NCBI GenBank assembly: GCA_048882045.1 | Contig: JBHLRZ010000045.1 | Coordinates: forward strand, 1-22,388 | DNA from: Candidatus Thorarchaeota archaeon | GTDB taxonomy: Archaea; Asgardarchaeota; Thorarchaeia; Thorarchaeales; Thorarchaeaceae | DNA length: 22,388 nt | Reading direction: 5' to 3' | In this document: in pieces, positions 9,485 through 17,985 of the stretch | How positions within the stretch are numbered: the first letter of the stretch is position 1 | Layout: the number at the start of each line of letters is the position of its first letter | The notes under the pieces: model-generated | What the model was told of the DNA's origin: nothing | What the model saw: only the letters and a program-made list of their open reading frames with translations | Databases searched by the model: none | Made by a program: the position numbers and the translations under genes

Positions 9485-10600
9485 ATGCCAGAAGCGACTT
9501 TCGTAGTTCATCTAGATGATTTTCAAGGGTTCATTGTTAAACAGAGATACCCAAAGACCCTTGCATTAAATGAGAAGGTTCTCAATCTGATCTTCGTTGA
9601 GAAACAGGAGAGGAAAGAGAAGAACGAAACTCTTGCTGTGTCAGAGATAGAAGGTCTAAGAATTGCTACCTACAGTAACCCACAGTATCCAGGTTGGATG
9701 GTCTGTACATTACTCGAACCTGAAGAGGAAGTGGAGGAGCTCAGAGGTAGTCTATCAGGTTCAGGAAGACTCATCCTTGCACTAATGAGTGAGGACGATG
9801 AAGCGGTCAACCTAGAAGAGCTTGTTAAGAGTGGGAGCGTTCTGAAAGAGAAGAGTGAAGAACAGAATCTTGCGAGTATCTTTCTGACTCCATCTTCAGC
9901 CCTCCTTTTAGAACGAATGCAAGAAGAAGGTGTCGAGAAAGCAGCAAAACTGTCCATCTGGTTGAAGAACCAGGTCCAGGATGAGGTCGATCTAAGGGAA
10001 GCAATGGCACCCCTGATGAGTTCTGGGATAGTGAAGGTCGAACTAATAGGGAAGACTGCTGAAACGGTTTTTCTAGTCAAGGACTTGTTTGGCTATCGTG
10101 CTCCACCAGTTGAGTCAGTTTTGAAAGCTAAACACACTCATCCAACTATTGAACAAAAATACAGAGAGTTAGTAACTCAGTTCTTCTCTCCACCTCCACC
10201 AAATAAGGGTTACAACCCCACAATTCCAGTGAATGACCCGAATTCTCCAATTCTTGAAGACAGAGAGAAGATTTCTCGATTGATTGCAGATAGCCTGAAC
10301 TATATGGTTCTTGATACCCTCAGAGCAGAACCACTCACTGTCGCAGGTATCTCCGAGAAGACTGCATTGCCTAAGTCTTTAGTGATGAAGGTTCTATGGT
10401 CATTGGAAGCAGAGAAGGTTGTACTACGTTTCGAGGAGGAAGATGTTTGGGCTCTTCTGACCAATCCAAGAATTGAGTCCTTTGTTCCGGAATATGTCCT
10501 TCCAATGGTAGCCAAGAAGGTATCAGAGAAAGAAATAACACCTCAAGTAGCCCGGAGACATCTCGAACTCTTAATTCAGAATTGTGGTGAAGTACCGTGA
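9485..10600 (+). CDS. Longin/uDENN-like domain + two winged-helix domains (NPRL2-like architecture)
   Basis: N-terminal FVVHLDDFQGFIVKQRYP resembles the uDENN/NPR2 first beta-hairpin. Two wH-like units (LLLERMQEEG...LMSSGIVK; VLDTLRAEPLTVAGISEKT...LEAEKVV). Stop overlaps the GTPase start (GTGA). Confidence 0.75.
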   Translation: MPEATFVVHLDDFQGFIVKQRYPKTLALNEKVLNLIFVEKQERKEKNETLAVSEIEGLRIATYSNPQYPGWMVCTLLEPEEEVEELRGSLSGSGRLILALMSEDDEAVNLEELVKSGSVLKEKSEEQNLASIFLTPSSALLLERMQEEGVEKAAKLSIWLKNQVQDEVDLREAMAPLMSSGIVKVELIGKTAETVFLVKDLFGYRAPPVESVLKAKHTHPTIEQKYRELVTQFFSPPPPNKGYNPTIPVNDPNSPILEDREKISRLIADSLNYMVLDTLRAEPLTVAGISEKTALPKSLVMKVLWSLEAEKVVLRFEEEDVWALLTNPRIESFVPEYVLPMVAKKVSEKEITPQVARRHLELLIQNCGEVP

Positions 10601-11448
10601 TTAGAAGTGTCTACGTGCTTGGCGACCAAGGAAATATGTTGTATTCGAAGGATTATGCCAAGAGTGATTCAAAGGCGAACCTTGTAGAGTTCTTGATCAA
10701 TCTAACACATTTTCTGAAAACTGTGGACTTGGAGGAAAAGACAGAGTTCATGAATGTCGCTGTTTCACGAATCTTCTTTGCAAAGAGAGACACGTTCACT
10801 TTCCATTTTGTGGCTGACAAAGCAGATGATGCAACTCAGATAGAGGAGAAGATGGAACAACTGGTTGACTCATTCATGCGTGATTATGCCAACCTGGCTC
10901 TCGCAAATCAACCACTTGACGGATTTGACGAAAAAGTCGATGAGATCGCTGTCACAATGGTTAAGGTGGCCATTCTGGGATTTGCAGGCGTGGGAAAGAC
11001 AACAACACTTCATCTCTTGCGTGGCGAAACACTTCCACTTGTGCATGACCCAACAATTGGTGTCAGCATCAAGAAGCTGCCTGAAGAAGTTGAGAACGCA
11101 AACATAGTGCTTTGGGATCTTGCAGGTCAATCCCGCTTCAGCATCCTATGGGCGAAGATGATTGCCAATGCTCAGGTTGTCATCATCGTAACAGACAGCA
11201 CCCTGGAGAATGTTTTGAGGAGTAAGAAACTTGTCACTCTTGTCAAGGATGAGGTTCCTGATGCAAAGGTCATTGGGATTGCAAACAAGCAAGACCTTCC
11301 AACAGCTTTGACTCCAGAGAGAGTAGGTCAGATTCTTGGGATTCCCACCTACGAACTTGTGGCTATTGATATCTCTTACAGAGACCGTCTTATTCAGATT
11401 ATTCGTAGAGCTATCCTCGAAGGCAAAGCTGAAGCAAAAGCAGCATAA
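10597..11448 (+). CDS. Longin-domain + Arf-like small GTPase fusion
   Basis: N-terminus MIRSVYVLGDQGNMLYSKDY resembles longin/sigma-adaptin. G1 GFAGVGKTT, G2 PTIG, G3 WDLAGQ, G4 NKQDLP. Confidence 0.9.
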   Translation: MIRSVYVLGDQGNMLYSKDYAKSDSKANLVEFLINLTHFLKTVDLEEKTEFMNVAVSRIFFAKRDTFTFHFVADKADDATQIEEKMEQLVDSFMRDYANLALANQPLDGFDEKVDEIAVTMVKVAILGFAGVGKTTTLHLLRGETLPLVHDPTIGVSIKKLPEEVENANIVLWDLAGQSRFSILWAKMIANAQVVIIVTDSTLENVLRSKKLVTLVKDEVPDAKVIGIANKQDLPTALTPERVGQILGIPTYELVAIDISYRDRLIQIIRRAILEGKAEAKAA

Positions 11449-11551
11449 ACTCGAGACGTATTATGCGTTGAAGAGTGGGATATGCATCAAGGCAAAGGTT
11501 AAGAGTTAAACAGAGTGAGTTATCGCAACAGCCGCCTATAGGTGACTAACA

Positions 11552-12145
11552 ATGTCCTTTGATTTAGAAGGTATAATGGCCAAATTGAAAGAAATAGAAG
11601 GCTTCGCTGAGAACGTAACGCAAACCAAGAAGCTTGCAGATGACTTGGCTGAGAACTTCGCAAAGATGAAGACTAATATCAACCAAGCAATCAATGACGG
11701 CTTTACAGAGATAGCCAATCAGATTGAAGCACTCAGACAGAACATGGAGAAAATGGAAAGCGTAAAGACAGATGCCCCAAAAGTTGACGCTCCGGCCCCG
11801 GCAGTAACCCCAACACCGGCGCCCGCGCCGGAGGTTACACCAGCCCCAGAACCAGCTCTTGAGGTGGCACCTGAGCCTACTCCAGCACCTTCTCCTGAAC
11901 CAACACCAGCGCCTGAGCCAACCCCAGCACCCGAGCCAGCTCCCGCAGTGGAGGCAGCTCCTGCAGAGGGTGACGATCAGATGGATTTCCTTCTACAGCA
12001 GAAGGACAGACTGAAAGCTCAGTTGACTGATTTGCGGTTCGACTATATGCGTGGATACATCCCAGAGGACGAGTACAAGACCAAAGAATCTGAGCTCGAT
12101 ACACAGCTGGAAGATGTTGACAAGCAGATTGCTGCTCTGAAATAG
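11552..12145 (+). CDS. Coiled coil + Pro/Ala-rich linker + C-terminal SHOCT/steadiness-box-like helical hairpin
   Basis: N-terminal heptads, PAPEPT repeats, C-terminal LTDLRFDYMRGYIPEDEYKTKESEL. SD AGGTGA upstream. Confidence 0.78.
   Translation: MSFDLEGIMAKLKEIEGFAENVTQTKKLADDLAENFAKMKTNINQAINDGFTEIANQIEALRQNMEKMESVKTDAPKVDAPAPAVTPTPAPAPEVTPAPEPALEVAPEPTPAPSPEPTPAPEPTPAPEPAPAVEAAPAEGDDQMDFLLQQKDRLKAQLTDLRFDYMRGYIPEDEYKTKESELDTQLEDVDKQIAALK
11790..11965 (+). repeat. Coding low-complexity tandem repeats (PAPEPT-type linker)
   Basis: Imperfect repeats such as ccagcacctXctcctgaaccaaca / ccagcgcctgagccaacc / ccagcacccgagcca. Confidence 0.7.
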
Positions 12146-12166
12146 ACAGGTTTTCATAGAGTATTT

Positions 12167-12228
12167 GGCTCGCACTCTGGACTCTTCGAGTCTTAAGAAT
12201 AGAGTGCGAGGCCTACTTCTTCTTTTCT
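12167..12228. terminator. Long hairpin followed by a T-rich tract between convergent genes (putative terminator or structured 3' UTR)
   Basis: CTCGCACTCT (12169-12178) is the exact reverse complement of AGAGTGCGAG (12201-12210). Inner GACTC/GAGTC stem; followed by TTCTTCTTTTCT. Confidence 0.45.
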
Positions 12229-12284
12229 CTAAGTTTTCATTTCTCGAATATATGTGCTGACAAGTTTCTGTCTTGGGAGGTCCA

Positions 12285-13220
12285 TCACTCTTTCTTCTTA
12301 GTTGACCCTGATTTTGTTGCCTTCTTTGCAGTTGTCGTCTTGGCTGACTTTTTCTCTTCCGCCTTCTTTGATTTAGTCGTTTTCTTAGGAGAAGCTTTCT
12401 CTTCGGCTTTCTTCTTTGTAGTAGTCTTCTTAGCTGGTTTCTTCTCTTCGGCTTTCTTCTTAGCGGAAGTCTTCTTTGCTGCAGCCTTCGTCTTTGGCTC
12501 TTCTTTCTTTTCCTCTTTCTTCTTGGAGGGTGCTTTCTTCTTAGGAGCTTCCTTTTCCTCAGCCTTCTTCTTCTTAGTTGTCTTCTTGGCTGGCTTCTTC
12601 TCTTCTGCCTTCTTCTTAGCCGGAGCTTCCTTCTTCGTTGGGGCTTTCTTCTTAGATGGAGCCTTTTTCTTCGGTTTTTCTTCCAGTTCAGGTTCGGGAA
12701 TGTGTTGTGGTTCAAGAGGTTCGACAATGACCTCTGGTCGTTCATCCTTTCGCTCCTTCTTTTCACCAACCTCTCTTCGTTTCCAAGCGAGTTTACTTGG
12801 TTTAACTACACCGGGAGTTCCAGCGGCAAGGAGTGCGATATCCATCTCCTCAGTGATGATAGGTTGTTTGGGAACACTTGAAGCAATCTCTTCGAGGGCA
12901 TCAGCTACCATGATAGGAGCTCCTTCCTGTCTCTTCTCGAGCTCAGCAGGAATAGTATAGACAACGAATCCTCCCTCCCTGATATAAGGGACTACAACAC
13001 CTTCAGCTTCTTTCTCTCGTAGAATCTTTCGTGCTATACTCATGCGGATATTGAAACGATTGGCAAGATCAAAGCTAGTGACAGATTTTGCTTTCTGCAA
13101 GTATTCATCAATACTTGACAATGTATCGGCTTTTGGAACTGCATCTCTGATGATTCGCTCTGTCTTTGCGGCTGATTTGCCCCACTTTTTACGACTGATA
13201 TTAATTACTCTCCTAGGCAC
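12285..13220 (-). CDS. rps25e: 30S ribosomal protein eS25 (S25e) with a ~210-aa C-terminal extension, Lys/Ala/Glu-rich in its distal part
   Basis: N-terminal ~95 aa (RKKWGK...VTSFDLANRFNIRMSIARKILREKEAEGVV...VVYT) match the eS25 winged-helix pattern. Tail of KKKAEEKK repeats. Confidence 0.85.
   Translation of the reverse strand: MPRRVINISRKKWGKSAAKTERIIRDAVPKADTLSSIDEYLQKAKSVTSFDLANRFNIRMSIARKILREKEAEGVVVPYIREGGFVVYTIPAELEKRQEGAPIMVADALEEIASSVPKQPIITEEMDIALLAAGTPGVVKPSKLAWKRREVGEKKERKDERPEVIVEPLEPQHIPEPELEEKPKKKAPSKKKAPTKKEAPAKKKAEEKKPAKKTTKKKKAEEKEAPKKKAPSKKKEEKKEEPKTKAAAKKTSAKKKAEEKKPAKKTTTKKKAEEKASPKKTTKSKKAEEKKSAKTTTAKKATKSGSTKKKE
12290..12680 (-). repeat. Coding repeats KKKAEEK(K/E)xxKK / KKKAP(S/T)KKK in the eS25 tail
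   Basis: Repeated ttctcttc(g/t)gc(t/c)ttcttct units on the + strand. Confidence 0.7.
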
Positions 13221-13312
13221 CTGTAACTAGGTTCATCGCGGAAAACCTGGGTTTGACTTTTAAAGATGCTCATTGCTCTATTTTCATTGATGCTGTAGGA
13301 GCTAAATATCTG

Positions 13313-13975
13313 ATGATTTCAGTAGCTGATATCGACCATATAGCCAAGACCCTTGTGTCCCTAGTTTACCCAGAACTTCAGGAGAGGGAAATTGTTCTAT
13401 CATGTGGACGGACTTCTTGTTATGGTCAGGTTAGTTGGAGGGATGAAGACAACAAGATCAGCATTAGCTTAAATGAGAGCGTCAGAATGTGGCACCCAGC
13501 AGGTATCACAGGCCTTCTTTCTCATGAGTTAAGTCATCCATCACAAAAAGGTTCAGGTTTCAAGGAATGGAAGACTGATGAAGATGTGATCATGAGAGGA
13601 TTGGGACCATATCTTGCCATTGAAAGACTACAAACTGGTAAGTACGATGACCATGTAATTCAGAATGGCAAGGATAGATACTTTGGGTATCGAATGATTA
13701 GAAAAGCCTTGACTCCAATTGAAACTGAGAATTTAGACATACTTATGTTTCAACTAGCCCTCAAACCATCTCAAGTGAATCAACATGCTTGGTTCAGCCA
13801 CGATGTCGTAATCCATGAGCGTGAGGGAGTATCGTCGGTTGTTGTTGAAGGTGAACATTTCATACTTCCAAAAGGATTGGTTGAGCCAGATATCAAGACC
13901 GTAAATCGAAATGGCATTGTTTTTGTATATGCTGAGGAAACTCTCATAGGGCAATACACTGAGTCGGATATCTAG
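13313..13975 (+). CDS. Putative zincin-like metallopeptidase (HExxH)
   Basis: GLLSHELSH motif preceded by YG...ISISL strands. ATG 13313 with AGGAG upstream. Confidence 0.65.
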   Translation: MISVADIDHIAKTLVSLVYPELQEREIVLSCGRTSCYGQVSWRDEDNKISISLNESVRMWHPAGITGLLSHELSHPSQKGSGFKEWKTDEDVIMRGLGPYLAIERLQTGKYDDHVIQNGKDRYFGYRMIRKALTPIETENLDILMFQLALKPSQVNQHAWFSHDVVIHEREGVSSVVVEGEHFILPKGLVEPDIKTVNRNGIVFVYAEETLIGQYTESDI

Positions 13976-15261
13976 TCAGACAAATCCTTACGCTTTTTTA
14001 TGATGAGTTTTTGAGAGAGGGAAACATCACTGGCTGGAGGAATGTCTTCCGAAACCACACATCCTGCAGAAATGATGCTATTCTCGCCAATACGTGTTGC
14101 AGGATATATGGATGCATTGACCCCGATGTCTACATTGTCACCAACAATTGCACCAAACTTCCTCTGAGGTATCTCGACAGTTTCAGTTTCGTTCTTCAGA
14201 AATAAGGGATCCTTTCCAGGTCGCCAGTTCCACAGTTGTGCTCCTGCTTCGATACATGTATCCGCTCCAATGATGGAATCAGCCAAGTAGGTCATTCTCC
14301 CCACATTGACTCTGTCAAAGACCATCGAGTTCCTCATTTCCACAGCGTATCCTATCTTGACACCGTCACAAAGACTGCTGTAGTCGCGAATAAGCGAGTT
14401 ATTACCTACATAGACTCGTTTTCCAATATATATTGGTCCTCGAAGGGTTGTGTTCGGTCGGATTATACTCCCTTCACCGATATGCACGGATCCTTCAATG
14501 ACAACGCTTGGATGAACATCTGCAGATTCTGCTATGTAACTACCCTTACCAAGTAATCGTCTGTCCATGACGATGCGATTTGCCTTGAGAATATCCCAAG
14601 GCCAAGTGAACTCAGCCCATTCCTTCTCCCAGACTGCTGCAGATACTTGTCGTCCATCTGCCATAAAATGTTCAAAGGCCTTTTCCATTGCAAGGTGTTT
14701 TTCCAGAAATGGTAGGATGTCTGTTGAGAACACTGAAACTCCTGCTACTGCATAATTGCTAACGTATCGCTCCGGCCCACCCTTCTCAACTAGTTTCTCA
14801 ACAACACCATTAGATCCAATCTTGACTGTACCAAACTGCTCAGGATTAGATACTAGAGTGACTAGCATTGTGACGTCACTCTTCATGGTTTCATGGTTAG
14901 AGAGGGTTCTGGAAACCATTTGGGGTTCAACTAGTACATCACCATTAACCAACAGGAATTTCTTTTCACCATCCAATTCATCACGAGCAGTGAGGATTGC
15001 ATTTTCAACACCCTCTTGTTTGTGTTGAATCACATACCTAATCCTGACATCTTGGTCACCACCCATCTGAAAGTGGTCGATGAGTTCCTCTCTTCCGTGG
15101 CCCACAACTATGATGATATCGCGAATTCCATTCTCCATAAGACTGTCAATGATATACTGAAGAACCGGTCTTCCTGCGATCATCAGCATCGACTTCGATC
15201 TCTTTGCTGTAAGTGGTCTCAACCGTTGACCTTCTCCAGCTGTCAGAACAAGAGCTTTCAT
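13972..15261 (-). CDS. glmU: Bifunctional sugar-1-phosphate nucleotidyltransferase / acetyltransferase (archaeal GlmU-like)
   Basis: LTAGEGQRLRPLT...K, NGD, EK, PWDILKAN, left-handed beta-helix hexapeptide repeats, KFGAIVGD. Confidence 0.88.
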   Translation of the reverse strand: MKALVLTAGEGQRLRPLTAKRSKSMLMIAGRPVLQYIIDSLMENGIRDIIIVVGHGREELIDHFQMGGDQDVRIRYVIQHKQEGVENAILTARDELDGEKKFLLVNGDVLVEPQMVSRTLSNHETMKSDVTMLVTLVSNPEQFGTVKIGSNGVVEKLVEKGGPERYVSNYAVAGVSVFSTDILPFLEKHLAMEKAFEHFMADGRQVSAAVWEKEWAEFTWPWDILKANRIVMDRRLLGKGSYIAESADVHPSVVIEGSVHIGEGSIIRPNTTLRGPIYIGKRVYVGNNSLIRDYSSLCDGVKIGYAVEMRNSMVFDRVNVGRMTYLADSIIGADTCIEAGAQLWNWRPGKDPLFLKNETETVEIPQRKFGAIVGDNVDIGVNASIYPATRIGENSIISAGCVVSEDIPPASDVSLSQKLIIKKRKDLSD

Positions 15262-15326
15262 GATTCGTCACACACGTCTCCATCAGTATAATGACGCATA
15301 AAACTATTGGCTGTTGTGCAGTCGCA

Positions 15327-16052
15327 CTATGAGTCAATGAGACGGAAGTAGATTCGTCTTTTTCCAGCACCAACATTCTTGGACTTGCCTATCTGAATAC
15401 CTCCAACCTCACTTGTATTCTTGACATGCGTTCCAGCGCAGGATGCCGCGTCGAAGTCACCAATTATCAAGACTCGAAATTCCTTTACTGACTTTGGAAC
15501 CATGTCTAAGTATCGAGTCTGATAGCCGCGATCGTTTAGATAATCGATGGCTTCCTTGCGTGGCAGGAATCGAATTTCGACATCGATGTTCTCAGCCAGC
15601 TTTGCATTGACTGCAGTTTCAACATCCCGTTTCATTTCCTCATCGAATGACTCTAACGGTGAATAGTCAGCTCGACTCTCACCTGGTTTGATGTTATTCC
15701 CCACGGTTTCGACACCATATTCGAGCTGAAGATGTCGAGAAAGTACATGTTGGGCTGTGTGGAATCTCATGCACTCATACCTGAACTCCCATTCAAGTTC
15801 ACCATGTATCTTCGTTCCTTCGGGAAATGGCTGTTCATTAAGCCTATGTCGAATCTCGCCTTCGATCTTGCGAACCTCTGAAACATTGACTGTTCGATCA
15901 CCGTCTGAAAGTGTACCTCTGTCACTGGATTGCCCGCCCCCTTCAGGATAGAATGCTGTCTGGTCCAACACAACATAGTCATCTCCAGCTGAGGTGACTC
16001 TAGCATCAAAGGATCGAAGATAGTTATCTCTCATATGAAGAAGATCTGTCAT
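15327..16052 (-). CDS. alaXM: Alanyl-tRNA editing protein AlaX-M
   Basis: LDQTAFYPEGGGQ, HxxxH (HTAQH), CAGTHV; 241 aa; SD AGAGG. Confidence 0.93.
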   Translation of the reverse strand: MTDLLHMRDNYLRSFDARVTSAGDDYVVLDQTAFYPEGGGQSSDRGTLSDGDRTVNVSEVRKIEGEIRHRLNEQPFPEGTKIHGELEWEFRYECMRFHTAQHVLSRHLQLEYGVETVGNNIKPGESRADYSPLESFDEEMKRDVETAVNAKLAENIDVEIRFLPRKEAIDYLNDRGYQTRYLDMVPKSVKEFRVLIIGDFDAASCAGTHVKNTSEVGGIQIGKSKNVGAGKRRIYFRLIDS

Positions 16053-16064
16053 CCTCTAGTTCTC

Positions 16065-16589
16065 CTAGCCAGTGGTATGACCACGCAGATTGTTCCATTC
16101 ATCAACAGCAAGCTGCTTTGCCTTCTCTAACTCCACACCAGTAAGGTCAACATCAGGGGTATCAGCGGCAGCATCTATGATTTCACGTACAGATTCTTCA
16201 GTGGATTCCTCCATAAGCCCGTCGAGGATAGCACCGACAGTATCATCACTGACTCCACGCTCCTTCAGAAACCTTGCTAGCGGAGTATATGATACAGGAA
16301 CATATCCACTATCTGTAGAGGGCTCTAATCCAATAGCGTTCATTTGAACCTCGAATTTCTTAGTGATGATTTCTTCACGGGTCTGAACTGATGGTTCCAT
16401 GATTTCTTTCTCTTTATCCACTTCCATCAGCATTCGTCGCATCTGTCTAACCACTGGCATTCCTGCTGCTGTTTTTGTGCCTGATCTTCGTTTCGCGGCA
16501 ACTAGGACAATAACCATTGCAATGGCAAACAAGAAAATCGGACTAAGCAGGAAATCAGTGAGAAGGTTGATGATATCGGTTGGTTGCAT
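16065..16589 (-). CDS. Hypothetical protein with a single N-terminal membrane anchor
   Basis: Hydrophobic LLSPIFLFAIAMVIVLVAA followed by KRR. ATG 16589 with GAGGGG upstream; co-oriented with its neighbours. Confidence 0.72.
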   Translation of the reverse strand: MQPTDIINLLTDFLLSPIFLFAIAMVIVLVAAKRRSGTKTAAGMPVVRQMRRMLMEVDKEKEIMEPSVQTREEIITKKFEVQMNAIGLEPSTDSGYVPVSYTPLARFLKERGVSDDTVGAILDGLMEESTEESVREIIDAAADTPDVDLTGVELEKAKQLAVDEWNNLRGHTTG

Positions 16590-16674
16590 TCTGAACGCCC
16601 CTCTGATGCAAAGTGACACCAGTGTGATTTGACCACTGCGTAATCGCGACTATAAGGTTTCTCCTGATATGTTG

Positions 16675-17802
16675 TCATCCTGAGAAGTGGTCTGCAATCT
16701 CTAAATAGATGTCAACCGCTTGATAGAGCTCCTCCAGACGAATGAATTCATCAGGCTGATGGGCTTGTTCAATCGATCCTGGTCCACAGATTACATGCTG
16801 GATACCTACCTTTGGTTGAAGGACAGAGCAGTCTGTTCCATATGTAGCGGTAGCCAGTTTAGGAGATCGACCTAGAACCTTCTCAACAGCTGCTTGGGCG
16901 ATGGAAACAATCTCTGCATCTGCTGGAGTTAGCACAGCAGACATACCATGCACATATTCAACCTTTACTCGATCAGAAAGTCCAGCAGATTCAAGCCTTG
17001 AGTTCATGGTTGCGAGAAGTGAGTCCGAATCCTGCCCTAGGACAGTCCGCATGTCCAAAAGTGCTTCACAAGAATCCGGAACAACATTGATTTTTATTCC
17101 ACCCCTTATCACTCCAATGTTCATAGTAGGAGTTCCTAGCATTTCATGCTCATCGTACGAGTATGGTTCCCCGGTCAATACATTTAGAGCATCCATGCAA
17201 GCATTGATTGCATTGACTCCTTCCTCAGGTCTAGAACCATGAGCTGACTTTCCTTTTGAAACAACTTTGCTCCAGAACATGCCTTTCTCACCAATCAAGA
17301 TTCCAAGGCTTGTTGGTTCAGCGCAGACTCCAAACTTGATTCCCTTGAGTAGACCGCTTGCTGCGACCTCCTCAGCACCAGAGCAACTACTCTCCTCATC
17401 GGAAGTTGCTAGCATCACCAGAGGTTGGTCATGTTTCGCTTCAGTGTACAGGATGAGGGTTTCTGCTAGGGCAGCCATTGGACCTTTCATGTCAGCTGAC
17501 CCACGACCATACAAATTGCCATCCTCGATCTCCGATGCGAATGGATCATGGGACCAGTTCTCAACATCCCCTATCGGCACAGTGTCGAGGTGACCATGCA
17601 CCACTAGTTCCCCCTTCTCTCCCTCATGGCTTGTGAAGATTAGGTTGGGACGTTCATTTGGACCTACAGAGGTACAGGAGATTCCATGGGCTTCCATGTG
17701 GTCCTTCAGAACTTTGGCTGCATCCGCTTCATATCCTGGAGGATTCTCTGATTTAGCTGATATAAGATCCTTCAGAAGTTTGAGGACTCTAGACTCATTC
17801 AT
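16675..17802 (-). CDS. M20 family metallo-hydrolase (ArgE/DapE-like deacylase)
   Basis: HGHLDTVP, YGRGSADMKG, SDEE, AEPT, AHGSRP, GGIKINVVP, AHQPDE. ATG 17802 with GGTGG SD. Confidence 0.92.
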   Translation of the reverse strand: MNESRVLKLLKDLISAKSENPPGYEADAAKVLKDHMEAHGISCTSVGPNERPNLIFTSHEGEKGELVVHGHLDTVPIGDVENWSHDPFASEIEDGNLYGRGSADMKGPMAALAETLILYTEAKHDQPLVMLATSDEESSCSGAEEVAASGLLKGIKFGVCAEPTSLGILIGEKGMFWSKVVSKGKSAHGSRPEEGVNAINACMDALNVLTGEPYSYDEHEMLGTPTMNIGVIRGGIKINVVPDSCEALLDMRTVLGQDSDSLLATMNSRLESAGLSDRVKVEYVHGMSAVLTPADAEIVSIAQAAVEKVLGRSPKLATATYGTDCSVLQPKVGIQHVICGPGSIEQAHQPDEFIRLEELYQAVDIYLEIADHFSG

Positions 17803-17864
17803 TGGATGTTCCACCAAAAGTAGTCCGGTAACCCAACGCTATGAAGGTTCCTGATTAATCACAA

Positions 17865-17879
17865 ACACCTTTTAGGAAA
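17865..17879 (+). promoter_or_regulatory. Putative TATA-like promoter of the TPR-nitrilase gene
   Basis: ACACCTTTTAGGAAA is 13/15 identical to the ACAACTTTTAGGAGA motif upstream of both sRNAs. Confidence 0.45.
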
Positions 17880-17985
17880 CTAACCCACTATAACCTGTAG
17901 CAGTTGATAAGGTGGATATCGACCTTTCAGAAGAGTCTGGATTCTGGATTCATACATTGGTTGAGTTTGTTAGGTTCGGAGGAAG

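Noticed and set aside
12157-12228. Hairpin as a SECIS element
   Set aside because: No AUGA/GA non-Watson-Crick quartet, and no evident in-frame UGA selenoprotein in the adjacent genes.
11993-12960. Arg-rich 258-aa (-) and Phe-rich 206-aa (+) ORFs
   Set aside because: Alternative-frame and antisense shadows of the low-complexity eS25 tail.
17892-17976. Possible third C/D sRNA (AACCT...TTGATAA...TTGA...AGGTT) after the shared promoter motif
   Set aside because: Weak terminal stem, no recognisable D'/C' boxes and no 12-nt guide spacing. More likely the 5' UTR of the TPR-nitrilase gene.
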